A stretch of DNA of 64,000 nucleotides. It comes from Vicinamibacterales bacterium (GTDB lineage Bacteria; Acidobacteriota; Vicinamibacteria; Vicinamibacterales; UBA8438). Positions within the stretch are counted from its first letter, which is position 1. Every line of letters starts with the position of its first letter. Under the pieces are notes generated by a model. The model made no database searches, was not told where the DNA came from, and saw nothing but the letters and a program-made list of their open reading frames with translations. The translations under genes were made by a program, and so were the position numbers. Shown in pieces: positions 18,520-26,934 of the stretch. The DNA lies in NCBI GenBank assembly GCA_965197395.1, contig OZ240205.1, forward strand, positions 1,501,524 to 1,565,523, read 5' to 3'.

Positions 18520-19149
18520 CTAATCAATGACGGCGAACGGTACCCAGGCCATCTGGTTATCCCAGATGACGGCCAGCCGGCCTGCCGTCAGCGTGACATC
18601 CAGGAACTCCCAGTGGAGCTGGTCGTGCGAGTGCGGGAGGGTCTCGACCCTCATCGGGACGCGGACGAGGTCCTTCTCCGGCGTGTAGGAATACGCACCG
18701 AACACCGAGTCCGGGTCGTCCTCATCGAAGCCCGTGGTCTGCGCCCGTAGTGTGGAGACGATCAACGTCCAGTTGTCGCGTGCGAGCTCGATAAAAATCG
18801 TGTACTCGCCGGGGGGCACGGTCGTGCCGCCGAGCTCGAGCGGGACCTCGTTGAAGAGTCGGGTCGAGACGTTGGCTCCGGCGCGCCACACCGGCGCGCC
18901 ATCGTTGAGAAACTCCACGAAATCTTCCGGGCCGAATAGGTCCCGGCCGCGCTTGAGCGGGCGGCCGTAACTGACCTCGATCCACTTGCCGCCGACGTGC
19001 CCGAGTCGGCCGTCGAACACCTCGCCGCCGATCTGGGTCGCGGAGCGGCCGGCCGGGCTCAAGGGCCGGGTGTCCGACTGCTGGGCGCCGATCGCCGTGC
19101 CGGCGACGATCACCATCAGGAGGCCGAACCGATACGCGGGAGTCGTCAT
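18520..19149 (-). CDS. DUF2911 domain-containing exported protein
   Basis: 'GGKWIEVSYGRPLKRGRDLFG...VWRAGANVSTRL...GGTTVPPGEYTIFIEL..DNWTLIVS' matches the DUF2911 pattern as I remember it. The start was trimmed to ATG 19149 ('MTTPAYRFGLLMVIVAGTAIGAQQ'). Confidence 0.7.
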   Translation of the reverse strand: MTTPAYRFGLLMVIVAGTAIGAQQSDTRPLSPAGRSATQIGGEVFDGRLGHVGGKWIEVSYGRPLKRGRDLFGPEDFVEFLNDGAPVWRAGANVSTRLFNEVPLELGGTTVPPGEYTIFIELARDNWTLIVSTLRAQTTGFDEDDPDSVFGAYSYTPEKDLVRVPMRVETLPHSHDQLHWEFLDVTLTAGRLAVIWDNQMAWVPFAVID

Positions 19150-19244
19150 ACGGTGCCACTCTCCAGCGCCAGTATACGGCGCCTCTTCCGTCTCGGTCGG
19201 CTGTCGGCGGGATTGATCCATCCAGTGGTCGCGTGGTAGTTTTG

Positions 19245-19276
19245 TTGTCGAATGACAAGGTATTGACATTCGACAA
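19245..19276. promoter_or_regulatory. Pair of 14-bp palindromic half-operators upstream of padR
   Basis: 'ttgtcgaatgacaa' (19245..19258) and 'ttgacattcgacaa' (19263..19276) are inverted copies differing at one position. The second contains a TTGACA -35-like hexamer. They lie 40-70 nt upstream of the PadR start. Confidence 0.5.
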
Positions 19277-19316
19277 GACGGGGGGCGTGAACACTCCCCC
19301 GGGTGGAGTGCGCGAG

Positions 19317-19649
19317 ATGACCAAAGCCAAAGCCGACCTTCTGCAGGGCACCCTCGACCTCTTGATCCTCAAGGCGCTGACGCTCGGACCGCTTCACGGG
19401 TGGGGCATTTCGAAGCGGATCCGGGGGATGTCGCGTGGTGTGCTGGAAGTCAACCAGGGGTCGCTGTATCCGGCACTCCATCGGCTGGAAGACCGCGGCT
19501 TCGTCCAGACTGCGTGGGGGGTGTCCGATGAGGGGCGCCGCGCCAAGTTCTACACCTTGACGTCACGGGGTCGGCGACAGTTCGCCGACGAACAGGACCG
19601 CTGGAACGTGTTCGCTGTCGCGGTGCGGCACACGCTCCGCGCGAGCTGA
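19317..19649 (+). CDS. PadR family transcriptional regulator
   Basis: 'LLQGTLDLLILKALTLGPLHGWGISKRI...VNQGSLYPALHRLEDRGFV...RRAKFYTLTSRGRRQF' is a canonical PadR winged helix. The start is ATG 19317. Confidence 0.9.
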   Translation: MTKAKADLLQGTLDLLILKALTLGPLHGWGISKRIRGMSRGVLEVNQGSLYPALHRLEDRGFVQTAWGVSDEGRRAKFYTLTSRGRRQFADEQDRWNVFAVAVRHTLRAS

Positions 19650-19710
19650 GGACCCTGATCGAAAATAGGGTTCCTACTTCGGTCGAGTCCTAGGTCCGTT
19701 TTCGCATGAC

Positions 19711-20789
19711 GTGGGAGCAAGACGCGTGAGGTGGATCAGATGGATCGGGCGCCGTCTGTGGATCCTCTTTCAGAAAGAGGAGGCGAAGGCGGCACGCTCT
19801 TCGGTCTCGCGCCGGCGCTCCGGTCCGCACGATCGGACCCGGCGGGCGTGCTTCGTGCCGAGGGACGCACTGCCAGTCCGGGCCGGCGGGCGACGCTCCT
19901 GCGCAACGGGCTCGTCGTGGTGCAACTGGCGGCATGCCTCGTGCTGGTCGTCGGGGCGAGCCTCCTCACGCAAAGCCTGGCCAATGTCCAACGCGCGGAC
20001 CCCGGTGTCGATGCCGACCGGCTGGCGTACGTCGCGACCACCTTCGGACCCGGCGACGTCTCACCAGAGGAGCAGGCGGTTCGACTACAAGAGCTGATGG
20101 ACCGGGCGGCCACGCTGCCAGGGGTGACCGCGGTCGCCTTCGCCACGCGACTGCCGGTGATGCCCGGACCGAGCACGACGACGAGCGTCGAAGGATACAC
20201 GCCGCCTTCCGGCTCCGACTCAGTGGAGCTGCCGCTTGCCTTGGTGAGCGACGACTACTTCGGCACGGTCGGTGTGCGGGTCACGGCCGGCCGGGCGTTC
20301 GGCCCTGAGGACGCCCTCGGCACGACGCCGGTGGTGATCGTGAACGAGGCCGCAGCCCGACGCTTCTGGGGTGAGGCAGATCCGGTGGGCCGCCGGCTAC
20401 GCCCGCAGGCGACACCCGGGGCGTGGACCCAGGTCGTCGGTGTCGTCGAGGACATCAAGGTGTCGAGCTTGAACGAGCCGCCGACCCCCATGCTGTTCTA
20501 TCCCATCCGCCAGAGCCCATCGCGCGGGTACGTGCTCGTGCGCACCGACGCCGATCCGGCAACGCTGCTGGTTGGCCTTCGCGAGCAACTCCGAGCGGTG
20601 AGCGCAGATCTCCCGCTCTCGGCCCTGGGGACGGTGGCGGCCCGGCTCGACGATTCGCTGCTGCTTGCCCGGGTCTCGGCCGGTCTGCTGAGCGCGTTGC
20701 TGCTCGCGGCCGTCGCCATCCTTGCGACGTATATTCCCGCCCGGCGCGCCGCGGGCGCCGATCCGCTCGAGGCGCTGCGCGTCCAGTAG
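19711..20789 (+). pseudogene. Decayed FtsX/MacB-type (duplicated 'ADOP'-like) ABC permease remnant
   Basis: The 19731 frame reads 'LFGLAPALRSARSDPAGVLR...LRNGLVVVQLAACLVLVVGASLL', then a MacB-type periplasmic domain, then directly the last TM and tail 'LLLAAVAILATYIPARRAAGADPLEALRVQ'. The N-terminal half and the TM helices of the second FtsX domain are missing. A leader-like 'RWIRWIGRRLWILFQKEE' lies in a different frame (19711). Confidence 0.55.
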
Positions 20790-20795
20790 TCGCGC

Positions 20796-21254
20796 TCATT
20801 CGGGCCGTCCGGGGACGGGCGGCTGCCCCTCGTCGTCCCACCGGCGCACCTCCCGCACGTCCAGCTCGAAACAGAAACGACCGGGCGGATGCGACCAGAA
20901 CTCGTCCGACGACCGCGCCGACCAGTCGGTCTCGAAGTGGCCACAGAGCTCGAACGTCGAATCGCCGAGCACACGATAGCCGTACGGCTGACTCGTGCCG
21001 GGGTCGCTGAACCGTGCACCCGGCACCGCCGCGTCCGAGAGCGCGCCGAGAGAGAGCGGTAGGGATCCGTCGCGGGTCCAGTGGAGGTCGACGCTCCTGG
21101 CGAGCCGACCGAGGTCCTCGATGCGTTGCTCATCCAGCCGCCGGCTCCGCTCGTCGCTCGGGGGGCCGAGTAGCACCAGCCCGACAACGACCGCGGTGCC
21201 GACGACCGCGATAGCCGCGACGGCCACCACGTTGCGCCGATCAAGACCGGTCAC
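20796..21254 (-). CDS. Hypothetical membrane-anchored protein
   Basis: It has an N-terminal TM 'VVAVAAIAVVGTAVVVGLVLLG' followed by a soluble domain with 'DPGTSQPYGYRVLGDSTFELCGHFE'. There is a 4-nt overlap with the upstream gene. Confidence 0.55.
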   Translation of the reverse strand: MTGLDRRNVVAVAAIAVVGTAVVVGLVLLGPPSDERSRRLDEQRIEDLGRLARSVDLHWTRDGSLPLSLGALSDAAVPGARFSDPGTSQPYGYRVLGDSTFELCGHFETDWSARSSDEFWSHPPGRFCFELDVREVRRWDDEGQPPVPGRPE

Positions 21255-21898
21255 GAAGCCACCTTCCGCTCGTCGGCTCGCAGATCCGACAGGTAATACC
21301 AGAACGCGGTGCCGGCGATGATCCCGACGGTGAGCACCTTGAGTACGAAGCGAGCCGTCATCCCGCCGTCCAGCACGTTGTAGACGAGCGCCGTGACGTT
21401 CCCGATCTGCACGCCCGCCGTCACGAACAGCGTCAGATAGGTCAGCCAGCGTCTTACCTTCGATGCCCGCTTGGCAGGGTCCGCCGCGAGTTCCCGGCCG
21501 ATCACCCGCGAGAGGCCGAAAAACACCGGGGACGCGACGACAAGGAAGGCAACCGACCAGCGGATCAAGTCGCGTGCGATCTCCGCCGCGTTGGGGCCAT
21601 CCGCAGGGTCAGGAAACGCCTGGTTGATCAGCTGAAACACCAGTTGGCCCAGGTTGAAGGCGCTGATGTACAGCGTGGTGAAGAGCAAGAGATACATGAA
21701 GGCGTCGCGCGCGGAGAGATACGGCTGCGGGCGTGGGACGGGAATCGGGAACTCGACCTCGGCGAAGCTCGTCAGCGCCCCGCGCACGTCCCCCACGGCC
21801 CAGCCCGCGCGGCCCAACACGTCCCGCAGGTCGGCTCGCGACACGCCGCGCGCGAGCCCGTCCTTGATGAAGCTCCGCAACTCTTCGTTCGTGGCCAT
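21251..21898 (-). CDS. Integral membrane protein (DUF5671-like)
   Basis: An N-terminal soluble segment 'MATNEELRSFIKDGLARGVSRADLRDVL' is followed by four predicted TM helices. The family assignment is from memory only. Confidence 0.55.
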   Translation of the reverse strand: MATNEELRSFIKDGLARGVSRADLRDVLGRAGWAVGDVRGALTSFAEVEFPIPVPRPQPYLSARDAFMYLLLFTTLYISAFNLGQLVFQLINQAFPDPADGPNAAEIARDLIRWSVAFLVVASPVFFGLSRVIGRELAADPAKRASKVRRWLTYLTLFVTAGVQIGNVTALVYNVLDGGMTARFVLKVLTVGIIAGTAFWYYLSDLRADERKVAS

Positions 21899-21928
21899 GG
21901 CGTCTTCTCCCTACGCGGTGTCCATCTT

Positions 21929-22372
21929 TTACGCGGTTTCATCGAGCCGATCGACGACCCGACGGATGACGGTGACGGTCCGCTCGAGATCCGTGGCGGC
22001 CAACCCCCGCGCGACGGACTCCGACCAGCGCGCGCCGATCGCGGTGAGCCGCGCGGCCAGGTGTTGGCCTGTGTCGGTGAGTCGCACGAGCGGTGAACGC
22101 GCGTGATCGGGGTTGCGCTCGAAGGCCAGGATCCCATCCCGGACCAGCAGGTCGCTGACACGCTGCACGCTTTGCCGCGTCATCCCCATTTGACGGGCGA
22201 TTTGCGGCACCGTACAGGTCTGTTCCTCAACCGCCCCAATCACTTGCCAGCGTGCTTGTGTCTGACCGACAGGCGCGGTCAGCGTCGCGCCGTGCCGCAG
22301 GAGGGCGCCATTGAGACGGAAGACCTCGAGCACGAGCTCCCGAAGCGCTGTCGCGGCTTGTGCCGGCGTCAT
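21929..22372 (-). CDS. MarR family transcriptional regulator
   Basis: The wHTH is 'CTVPQIARQMGMTRQSVQRVSDLLVRDGILAFERNPDHARSPLVRLTDTGQHL'. The ORF is 147 aa. Confidence 0.85.
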   Translation of the reverse strand: MTPAQAATALRELVLEVFRLNGALLRHGATLTAPVGQTQARWQVIGAVEEQTCTVPQIARQMGMTRQSVQRVSDLLVRDGILAFERNPDHARSPLVRLTDTGQHLAARLTAIGARWSESVARGLAATDLERTVTVIRRVVDRLDETA

Positions 22373-22374
22373 AA

Positions 22375-22409
22375 TGACAACATGCTGTCATAACGACAGT
22401 ATGCTGTCA
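22375..22409. promoter_or_regulatory. Two tandem 16-bp palindromic boxes abutting the marR start codon
   Basis: 'tgacaacatgctgtca' (22375..22390) and 'cgacagtatgctgtca' (22394..22409) both have TGACA-N6-TGTCA symmetry and are 3 nt apart. The first starts 3 nt upstream of the ATG. Confidence 0.5.
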
Positions 22410-22476
22410 ATAGGGCGGTGCGGAATTGATCTCGGCCAGGGTCGGCCGCAGCGGCCCGGTCGGCACGACCCGGTAA

Positions 22477-23895
22477 TCACGCCATCCGCACCCAGCGCAC
22501 CAGGGTCGCCAGGTTCGGCGGCTTGCCGTGCATGAGCAAACCGACACGGAACACCTTGGCGGCCACCCAGAGCGCGCCGAAGACCGCCAGCACGCCGACC
22601 GTGATGCTGAGCCCAACCTGCCACACCGGCGGCGGGGAGAACGACGCCAGCCGCACGAGGATGACGAACCCGTTCATCGGTGGAATGAAGCTGAGCACGA
22701 GGCTGAATGTCGAGTCAGGATTGGCCGCGACGTACCACCAGAACATCCATGGTGCCGAGAGCAGCAGCATGAACGGCGTCATGAGGGATTGCGCTTCGCG
22801 CAGCTCGCTGACCGCGGACCCGACTGCGGCCATCATCGAGCCGATGATGAGGTACGTGACGACGTAGAAGATCAGGAGATAGCCGATCAGCCACGCGTCA
22901 ATGAGGCCGAAGAGGGCGAACGATGCGAGCGCCGCCAGGCCCATGGCGATGTAGACGCCCAGCACGACGAAGCCAACCGCCATCTGGCCCAGGATCTTGC
23001 CGGTCATCAGCTCGAGCGGCGACACCGCCGCCAGCAGCACCTCGACCACGCGGTTCGACTTTTCCTCGACCGTGTTGGTCAGCAGCGACTGCCCACCCGT
23101 CATCACCGACACCATCAACAGGATCATGAACGCGATCGGTAGGACCTGGTCCAACGCGCCCGACCGCGACCGCTCCTCCTCGGCGGTCACGATGACGGAC
23201 GGTGGCGGCCGCACCCGGGTGAGGTTCTCGACGAGATTTCTGTCCAGACCCGCGGTGCGCACCCGGGCGTCGATGATCGCGTCGCGCAACCCGTCGCGGA
23301 TCTCGCTGATGATCCGGTTGTCGAGGCCCCGGCGGACAAACAGGTCGTATGTGCCCGGCGCCGCTTCGTATCTTCCTGCCGGCGCCGGATCGGGGGCGCG
23401 CGCGAGCGTAGTGGCGTTGTCGTGGACGATGACGAGGGCCAGGCGGCCGTCATCGTCGTCGTCCGGTATGAGGGTCGTCTTTTCCCTCTCGACATCGACA
23501 CCGACCGGGAGCACCGCGACCTCGAGATGGGGCACCGACCCCAACGCGGTCTGCATCACCTCATCCGCCGCGCCCCGACCGACGCCGGACGCCAGCCGCC
23601 GCACCTGCTCGGGCAGCTCGGTGGCCGAGAGCACGCGCTCGACCAACTCCCCGCGCCGCCCGGCCACTACGGCCGGGTCCAGGTGCGCGCGCAAACCCGC
23701 CGCGACCTCTCCCGTCGGATCCACGATCGCGATCTCGCCCTCGATCGACGGCGCCTCACGCAACGCGAGCAGCCGGGGGACGAGCGCAACACCGAGCAGG
23801 ATCAGCGCCGGGGCAATGAGCAGGCCTATGACAAAGCCCTTGGTGGCCACCGTCGCGAGGAACTCGCGGCTGGCCACGTAGAACACGCGGGTCAT
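22477..23895 (-). CDS. ABC-2 type transporter permease (NatB-like, with a large extracytoplasmic loop)
   Basis: It has an N-terminal TM, a ~230-aa loop and a C-terminal block of five TM helices. There is a 4-nt overlap with the upstream ATPase. Confidence 0.75.
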   Translation of the reverse strand: MTRVFYVASREFLATVATKGFVIGLLIAPALILLGVALVPRLLALREAPSIEGEIAIVDPTGEVAAGLRAHLDPAVVAGRRGELVERVLSATELPEQVRRLASGVGRGAADEVMQTALGSVPHLEVAVLPVGVDVEREKTTLIPDDDDDGRLALVIVHDNATTLARAPDPAPAGRYEAAPGTYDLFVRRGLDNRIISEIRDGLRDAIIDARVRTAGLDRNLVENLTRVRPPPSVIVTAEEERSRSGALDQVLPIAFMILLMVSVMTGGQSLLTNTVEEKSNRVVEVLLAAVSPLELMTGKILGQMAVGFVVLGVYIAMGLAALASFALFGLIDAWLIGYLLIFYVVTYLIIGSMMAAVGSAVSELREAQSLMTPFMLLLSAPWMFWWYVAANPDSTFSLVLSFIPPMNGFVILVRLASFSPPPVWQVGLSITVGVLAVFGALWVAAKVFRVGLLMHGKPPNLATLVRWVRMA

Positions 23896-24824
23896 GCGGC
23901 AGGCTCCTTGACCCCGGTCGCGATGCCCACGAAGACGTCCTCGAGGGTCGGCCGCTGCAGCTCGATTCGCGCCGCCGCGACTGCCGCGGTCACGTCGCGC
24001 ATGACCCCTGCCGGGTCCGCGCCGTCGACCAGGTCGATCCGATACGCGCCGGCGTCCCGCGTGACGCGTTCGACGCCGCGCACACCGGCGAGCGGCGGCC
24101 CGGCGTCCGCCTCCGGGTCGAGGGGCTCGAATCGAATCGTGCGCGGGTCGTGGCGTCCGCGGATGTCGGTGAGGCTCTCGTCGAGCACTTTGCGGCCGCC
24201 GTGCATCATCACGATGTGGTCGCAGATCTCTTCTGCCTGGACCATCACGTGCGTCGAGAACACGATCGTGGCGCCCCGTCGATGTTCTTCAAGCACAATG
24301 TTGCGCAGCAACCGCATGTTGACCGGGTCGATTCCGCTGAACGGCTCGTCCAGGATGAGGAGGTCGGGCTCGCCGATGATCGTCGCGGCCAGCTGCACCT
24401 TCTGGAGCATCCCCTTCGACAGCTCCTCGCACCGCTTGTGCTCGACGTCGGGCAGATCGACGCGCTCGAGCAAGCTCCGGACGCGACCGGCGACCGCGGG
24501 GCCCGCGGTACCCTTCAGGCGCGCCATGAACGTCAGGAACGCGCCAACCCGCATCCGGCGGTATACCCCCCGTTCTTCCGGCAGATACCCGATCCGATCC
24601 TTCGCCTCGAGCGCCGAGCGCTGCCCGAGGACAGACAGCTCGCCGCTGTCAGGGAGGAGGATCGACATAATCATCCGCAGCGTCGTCGTTTTGCCGGCTC
24701 CGTTGGGACCGATGAAGCCGTAGAGACCGCCACGCGGGACCGTGAGGTCGAGGTCGCGAACGGCCTGGACCGCGCCGAACGACTTGGTGACGCGCCTGAC
24801 GCGGATCGCGGCATCGTGTTCCAT
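23892..24824 (-). CDS. ABC transporter ATP-binding protein
   Basis: Walker A 'GPNGAGKTTT', signature 'LSKGMLQKV' and Walker B 'LLILDEP' are all present. The start was trimmed to ATG 24824 ('MEHDAAIRVRRVTKSFG'). Confidence 0.9.
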   Translation of the reverse strand: MEHDAAIRVRRVTKSFGAVQAVRDLDLTVPRGGLYGFIGPNGAGKTTTLRMIMSILLPDSGELSVLGQRSALEAKDRIGYLPEERGVYRRMRVGAFLTFMARLKGTAGPAVAGRVRSLLERVDLPDVEHKRCEELSKGMLQKVQLAATIIGEPDLLILDEPFSGIDPVNMRLLRNIVLEEHRRGATIVFSTHVMVQAEEICDHIVMMHGGRKVLDESLTDIRGRHDPRTIRFEPLDPEADAGPPLAGVRGVERVTRDAGAYRIDLVDGADPAGVMRDVTAAVAAARIELQRPTLEDVFVGIATGVKEPAA

Positions 24825-24879
24825 CGTCTCGACCTGCGCGCCCCAACGACGAGGGCACGAGCACACTAGCCTAGTTGCC

Positions 24880-25518
24880 GTGGGAGACCCCCCGGCTTTG
24901 CCGGGGCGGCCAGCAGCGTTTGACGTATCCGGGAGTCGCGTGAGGAAACTCCTTCCCGTGAGCCGCACAAGCATCACGAGAAGGAGTCCTCATGACGACG
25001 TACCGAAGTCTCAATCATACGAAATGGCACTGCCAGTATCACGTAGTGTTCATTCCGAAGTACCGGAAGAAAGCGATGTATGGAGGCGTCCGGCAGCAGC
25101 TGGGCGAGGTGCTGCGGCAGCTGGCGCGGCACCGCGAGAGCCAGGTGGAGGAGGGGCATCTGCTGCCCGACCACGTCCACATGTTGGTGTCGATCCCCCC
25201 GAAGTACTCGGTGGCGCAGGTGATCGGGTATCTCAAGGGGAAGAGCGCGATCCACATCGCTCGGGAGTTTGCGGGGCGGTCCCGGAACTTCGTGGGGCAG
25301 CACTTCTGGGCGCGCGGGTATTTTGTCTCGACGGTGGGCCGTGATGAACGGATCATCCGGGACTATATCCAGCAGCAGGAGCGAGAGGATCGGCGGCTGG
25401 ATCAGTTGCCGTTGGACTAGAGCCGCCACCGTCAGGTGGCTCAAGTGACCGCGCAGCGGTCACGTCAGCCGCTTTGAGCGGCTCACAACTAAAGCCCCCG
25501 GCTTTGCCGGGGGATACT
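24880..25518 (+). mobile_element. IS200/IS605-family insertion sequence (IS200-type, tnpA only)
   Basis: The tnpA ORF is flanked by the same 17-nt hairpin 'ccccggctttgccgggg' at 24890..24906 and 25496..25512. There are three further hairpins at 25425..25490. Exact ends were not determined. Confidence 0.7.
24992..25420 (+). CDS. tnpA: IS200/IS605 family Y1 (HUH) transposase TnpA
   Basis: 'WHCQYHVVFIPKYRKK', the HUH motif 'DHVHMLVSIPPKYSVAQ' and the catalytic-Tyr region 'FWARGYFVSTVG' are present. Confidence 0.92.
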   Translation: MTTYRSLNHTKWHCQYHVVFIPKYRKKAMYGGVRQQLGEVLRQLARHRESQVEEGHLLPDHVHMLVSIPPKYSVAQVIGYLKGKSAIHIAREFAGRSRNFVGQHFWARGYFVSTVGRDERIIRDYIQQQEREDRRLDQLPLD

Positions 25519-25520
25519 TA

Positions 25521-26715
25521 CTCCCCTTGATCTTTGATTTCTTCAAAAAGTCGTTGGTCATCTGGGGCCACCGTGGACTTGAACGGTGCGCTGTCCGAAC
25601 CGCTTCACCTTCGCGAGAATTTCGTCGGCTGTCTTTGTCCACTTGAAGGGTTTGCCCTCGTCGTTGTGGGCGTCCACGTAGGCGTAGATGGCGTGGCGCA
25701 GCGCGTGCGGGCTGGAATGTGTTCCGCGCTTGAGGGCGTGTTCGGTGAGAAGGCCAAAGAACCGCTCGACGAGGTTGAGCCAGGCGGAGTAGGTCGGCGT
25801 AAAGTGGAACTGGAAGCGCGGGTGGCGGGCCACCCATCGTTTGACCAACGGGGACTTATGCGCCGAGAGATTGTCGAGGATCACGTGGACGGTGAGGGCG
25901 GAGTGCACCCGCTCGTCGATCTCGCGCAGGAAGCTCACGAAATCCCTCGACCGATGCGGCTTCTTGGTTTGCGCCACGACCTGGCCGGTCGCGACGTTGA
26001 GCGCCGCGAAGAGGTCCACCGTGCCATGGCGGATGTAGTTGTGCGTCTGGCGTTCGGGGCGACCCAGGTCCATCGGCAGAATCGGCTGCGCCCGCTCGAG
26101 GGCTTGAATCTGAGGCTTTTCGTCGAATGACAAGACGACGGCGTGGTCGGGTGGGTTCAGGTAGAGGCCGACAATGTCCCGCACCTTCTCGATGAACAGC
26201 GGGTCGTCGGAGATCTTGAAGGATTCCACGACATGCGGCTGCAACCCGAAAGTGCGCCAGATGCGGCCCACGGTAGAGGCGCTGACGCCAGCGTGCTCCG
26301 CCATCTTGCGGGTGCTCCAGTGGGTCCGCCCCTTCGGCTTACTTTCCAACGTCGTGACGAGGATCGACTCGACATCCGCATCGGACAGGGTCCGTGGGGC
26401 TCCGGGCTTGGGCTCGTCGTACAGCGCGTCCACGCGACCTACCCTAAACCGCTGTCGCCACTTGCCGACCGTCACGTTCGAGCAGCGCAGTTTCGCCGCG
26501 ACCGCCACGTTCGATTCGCCACGCGTGCTCCTCAGGACGATCCTTGCCCGCAAGGCCACGTGCCGATTCGTTCGGGCGCGCCTGGCGAGCCGCTCAAGTT
26601 CTACGCGCTCTGCGGCGGTGACTTCCAATCTCGCTTTGGGCCGACCTGTTCTTGCCATGCCGCCCAATACATCACAGCCGACACACTATTTGAAGCTTTT
26701 TCAGACACAGGGGAC
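25521..26715 (-). mobile_element. IS630-family insertion sequence with TA target duplication
   Basis: The element is 1195 bp. It has imperfect terminal inverted repeats (left 'ctccccttgatct...cttcaaaaagt', right revcomp 'gtcccctgtgtct...cttcaaatagt'; about 20/31 identical). TA flanks both ends (25519..25520 and 26716..26717). Confidence 0.65.
25558..26658 (-). CDS. IS630 family transposase (HTH + DDE)
   Basis: The N-terminal HTH is 'MARTGRPKARLEVTAAERVELERLARR'. The DDE region is 'VLSFDEKPQIQALER', 'HVILDNLSAHKS' and 'TPTYSAWLNLVERFF'. Confidence 0.9.
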   Translation of the reverse strand: MARTGRPKARLEVTAAERVELERLARRARTNRHVALRARIVLRSTRGESNVAVAAKLRCSNVTVGKWRQRFRVGRVDALYDEPKPGAPRTLSDADVESILVTTLESKPKGRTHWSTRKMAEHAGVSASTVGRIWRTFGLQPHVVESFKISDDPLFIEKVRDIVGLYLNPPDHAVVLSFDEKPQIQALERAQPILPMDLGRPERQTHNYIRHGTVDLFAALNVATGQVVAQTKKPHRSRDFVSFLREIDERVHSALTVHVILDNLSAHKSPLVKRWVARHPRFQFHFTPTYSAWLNLVERFFGLLTEHALKRGTHSSPHALRHAIYAYVDAHNDEGKPFKWTKTADEILAKVKRFGQRTVQVHGGPR

Positions 26716-26881
26716 TAGCAGCCCGTGGTAAAAGTCCCGCGTCGCATCGAGACCGGTGATGCGCACGGCTGACAAGGCGCGAGAAGGGAGAATACTCCCA
26801 GTATTTGACCGACGAGCACCACCGTCAGGCGGGATGCAGCGCCGGGCGAATGCAGCGGGACTTTCACCACGGGCTGCTAGC
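26716..26881. mobile_element. MITE-like element with ~24-bp terminal inverted repeats, TA-flanked
   Basis: 'tagcagcccgtggtaaaagtcccgc' (26716..26740) and 'gcgggactttcaccacgggctgcta' (26856..26880) are inverted repeats with one mismatch. The ~115-bp interior has no coding capacity and contains a 'gggagaatactccc' hairpin. Confidence 0.55.
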
Positions 26882-26934
26882 CCTGTAGTGGTAGGATTGC
26901 GAGTTCTCGTGACTCGTTTCCTGGAGGCCGTTCC

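Noticed and set aside
14700-19269. N-terminal extensions given by the ORF track for clpA (to 17132), DUF2911 (to 19269) and PadR (from 19233). The same issue applies elsewhere to PBP4, the ABC ATPase, the DUF1592-family proteins, the amidase and the cyclase.
   Set aside because: The extensions overlap neighbouring genes or precede obvious signal peptides or conserved N-termini. I moved each start to an internal ATG/GTG that I verified in the sequence.
24992-25420. TnpA as a REP-associated tyrosine transposase (RAYT) responsible for the REP family
   Set aside because: The protein has the classical IS200 TnpA sequence ('HVHMLV', 'WARGYFVSTVG'). Its flanking hairpins are in direct orientation, not inverted, and differ in sequence from the REP units. 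The link is mentioned only as a hypothesis.
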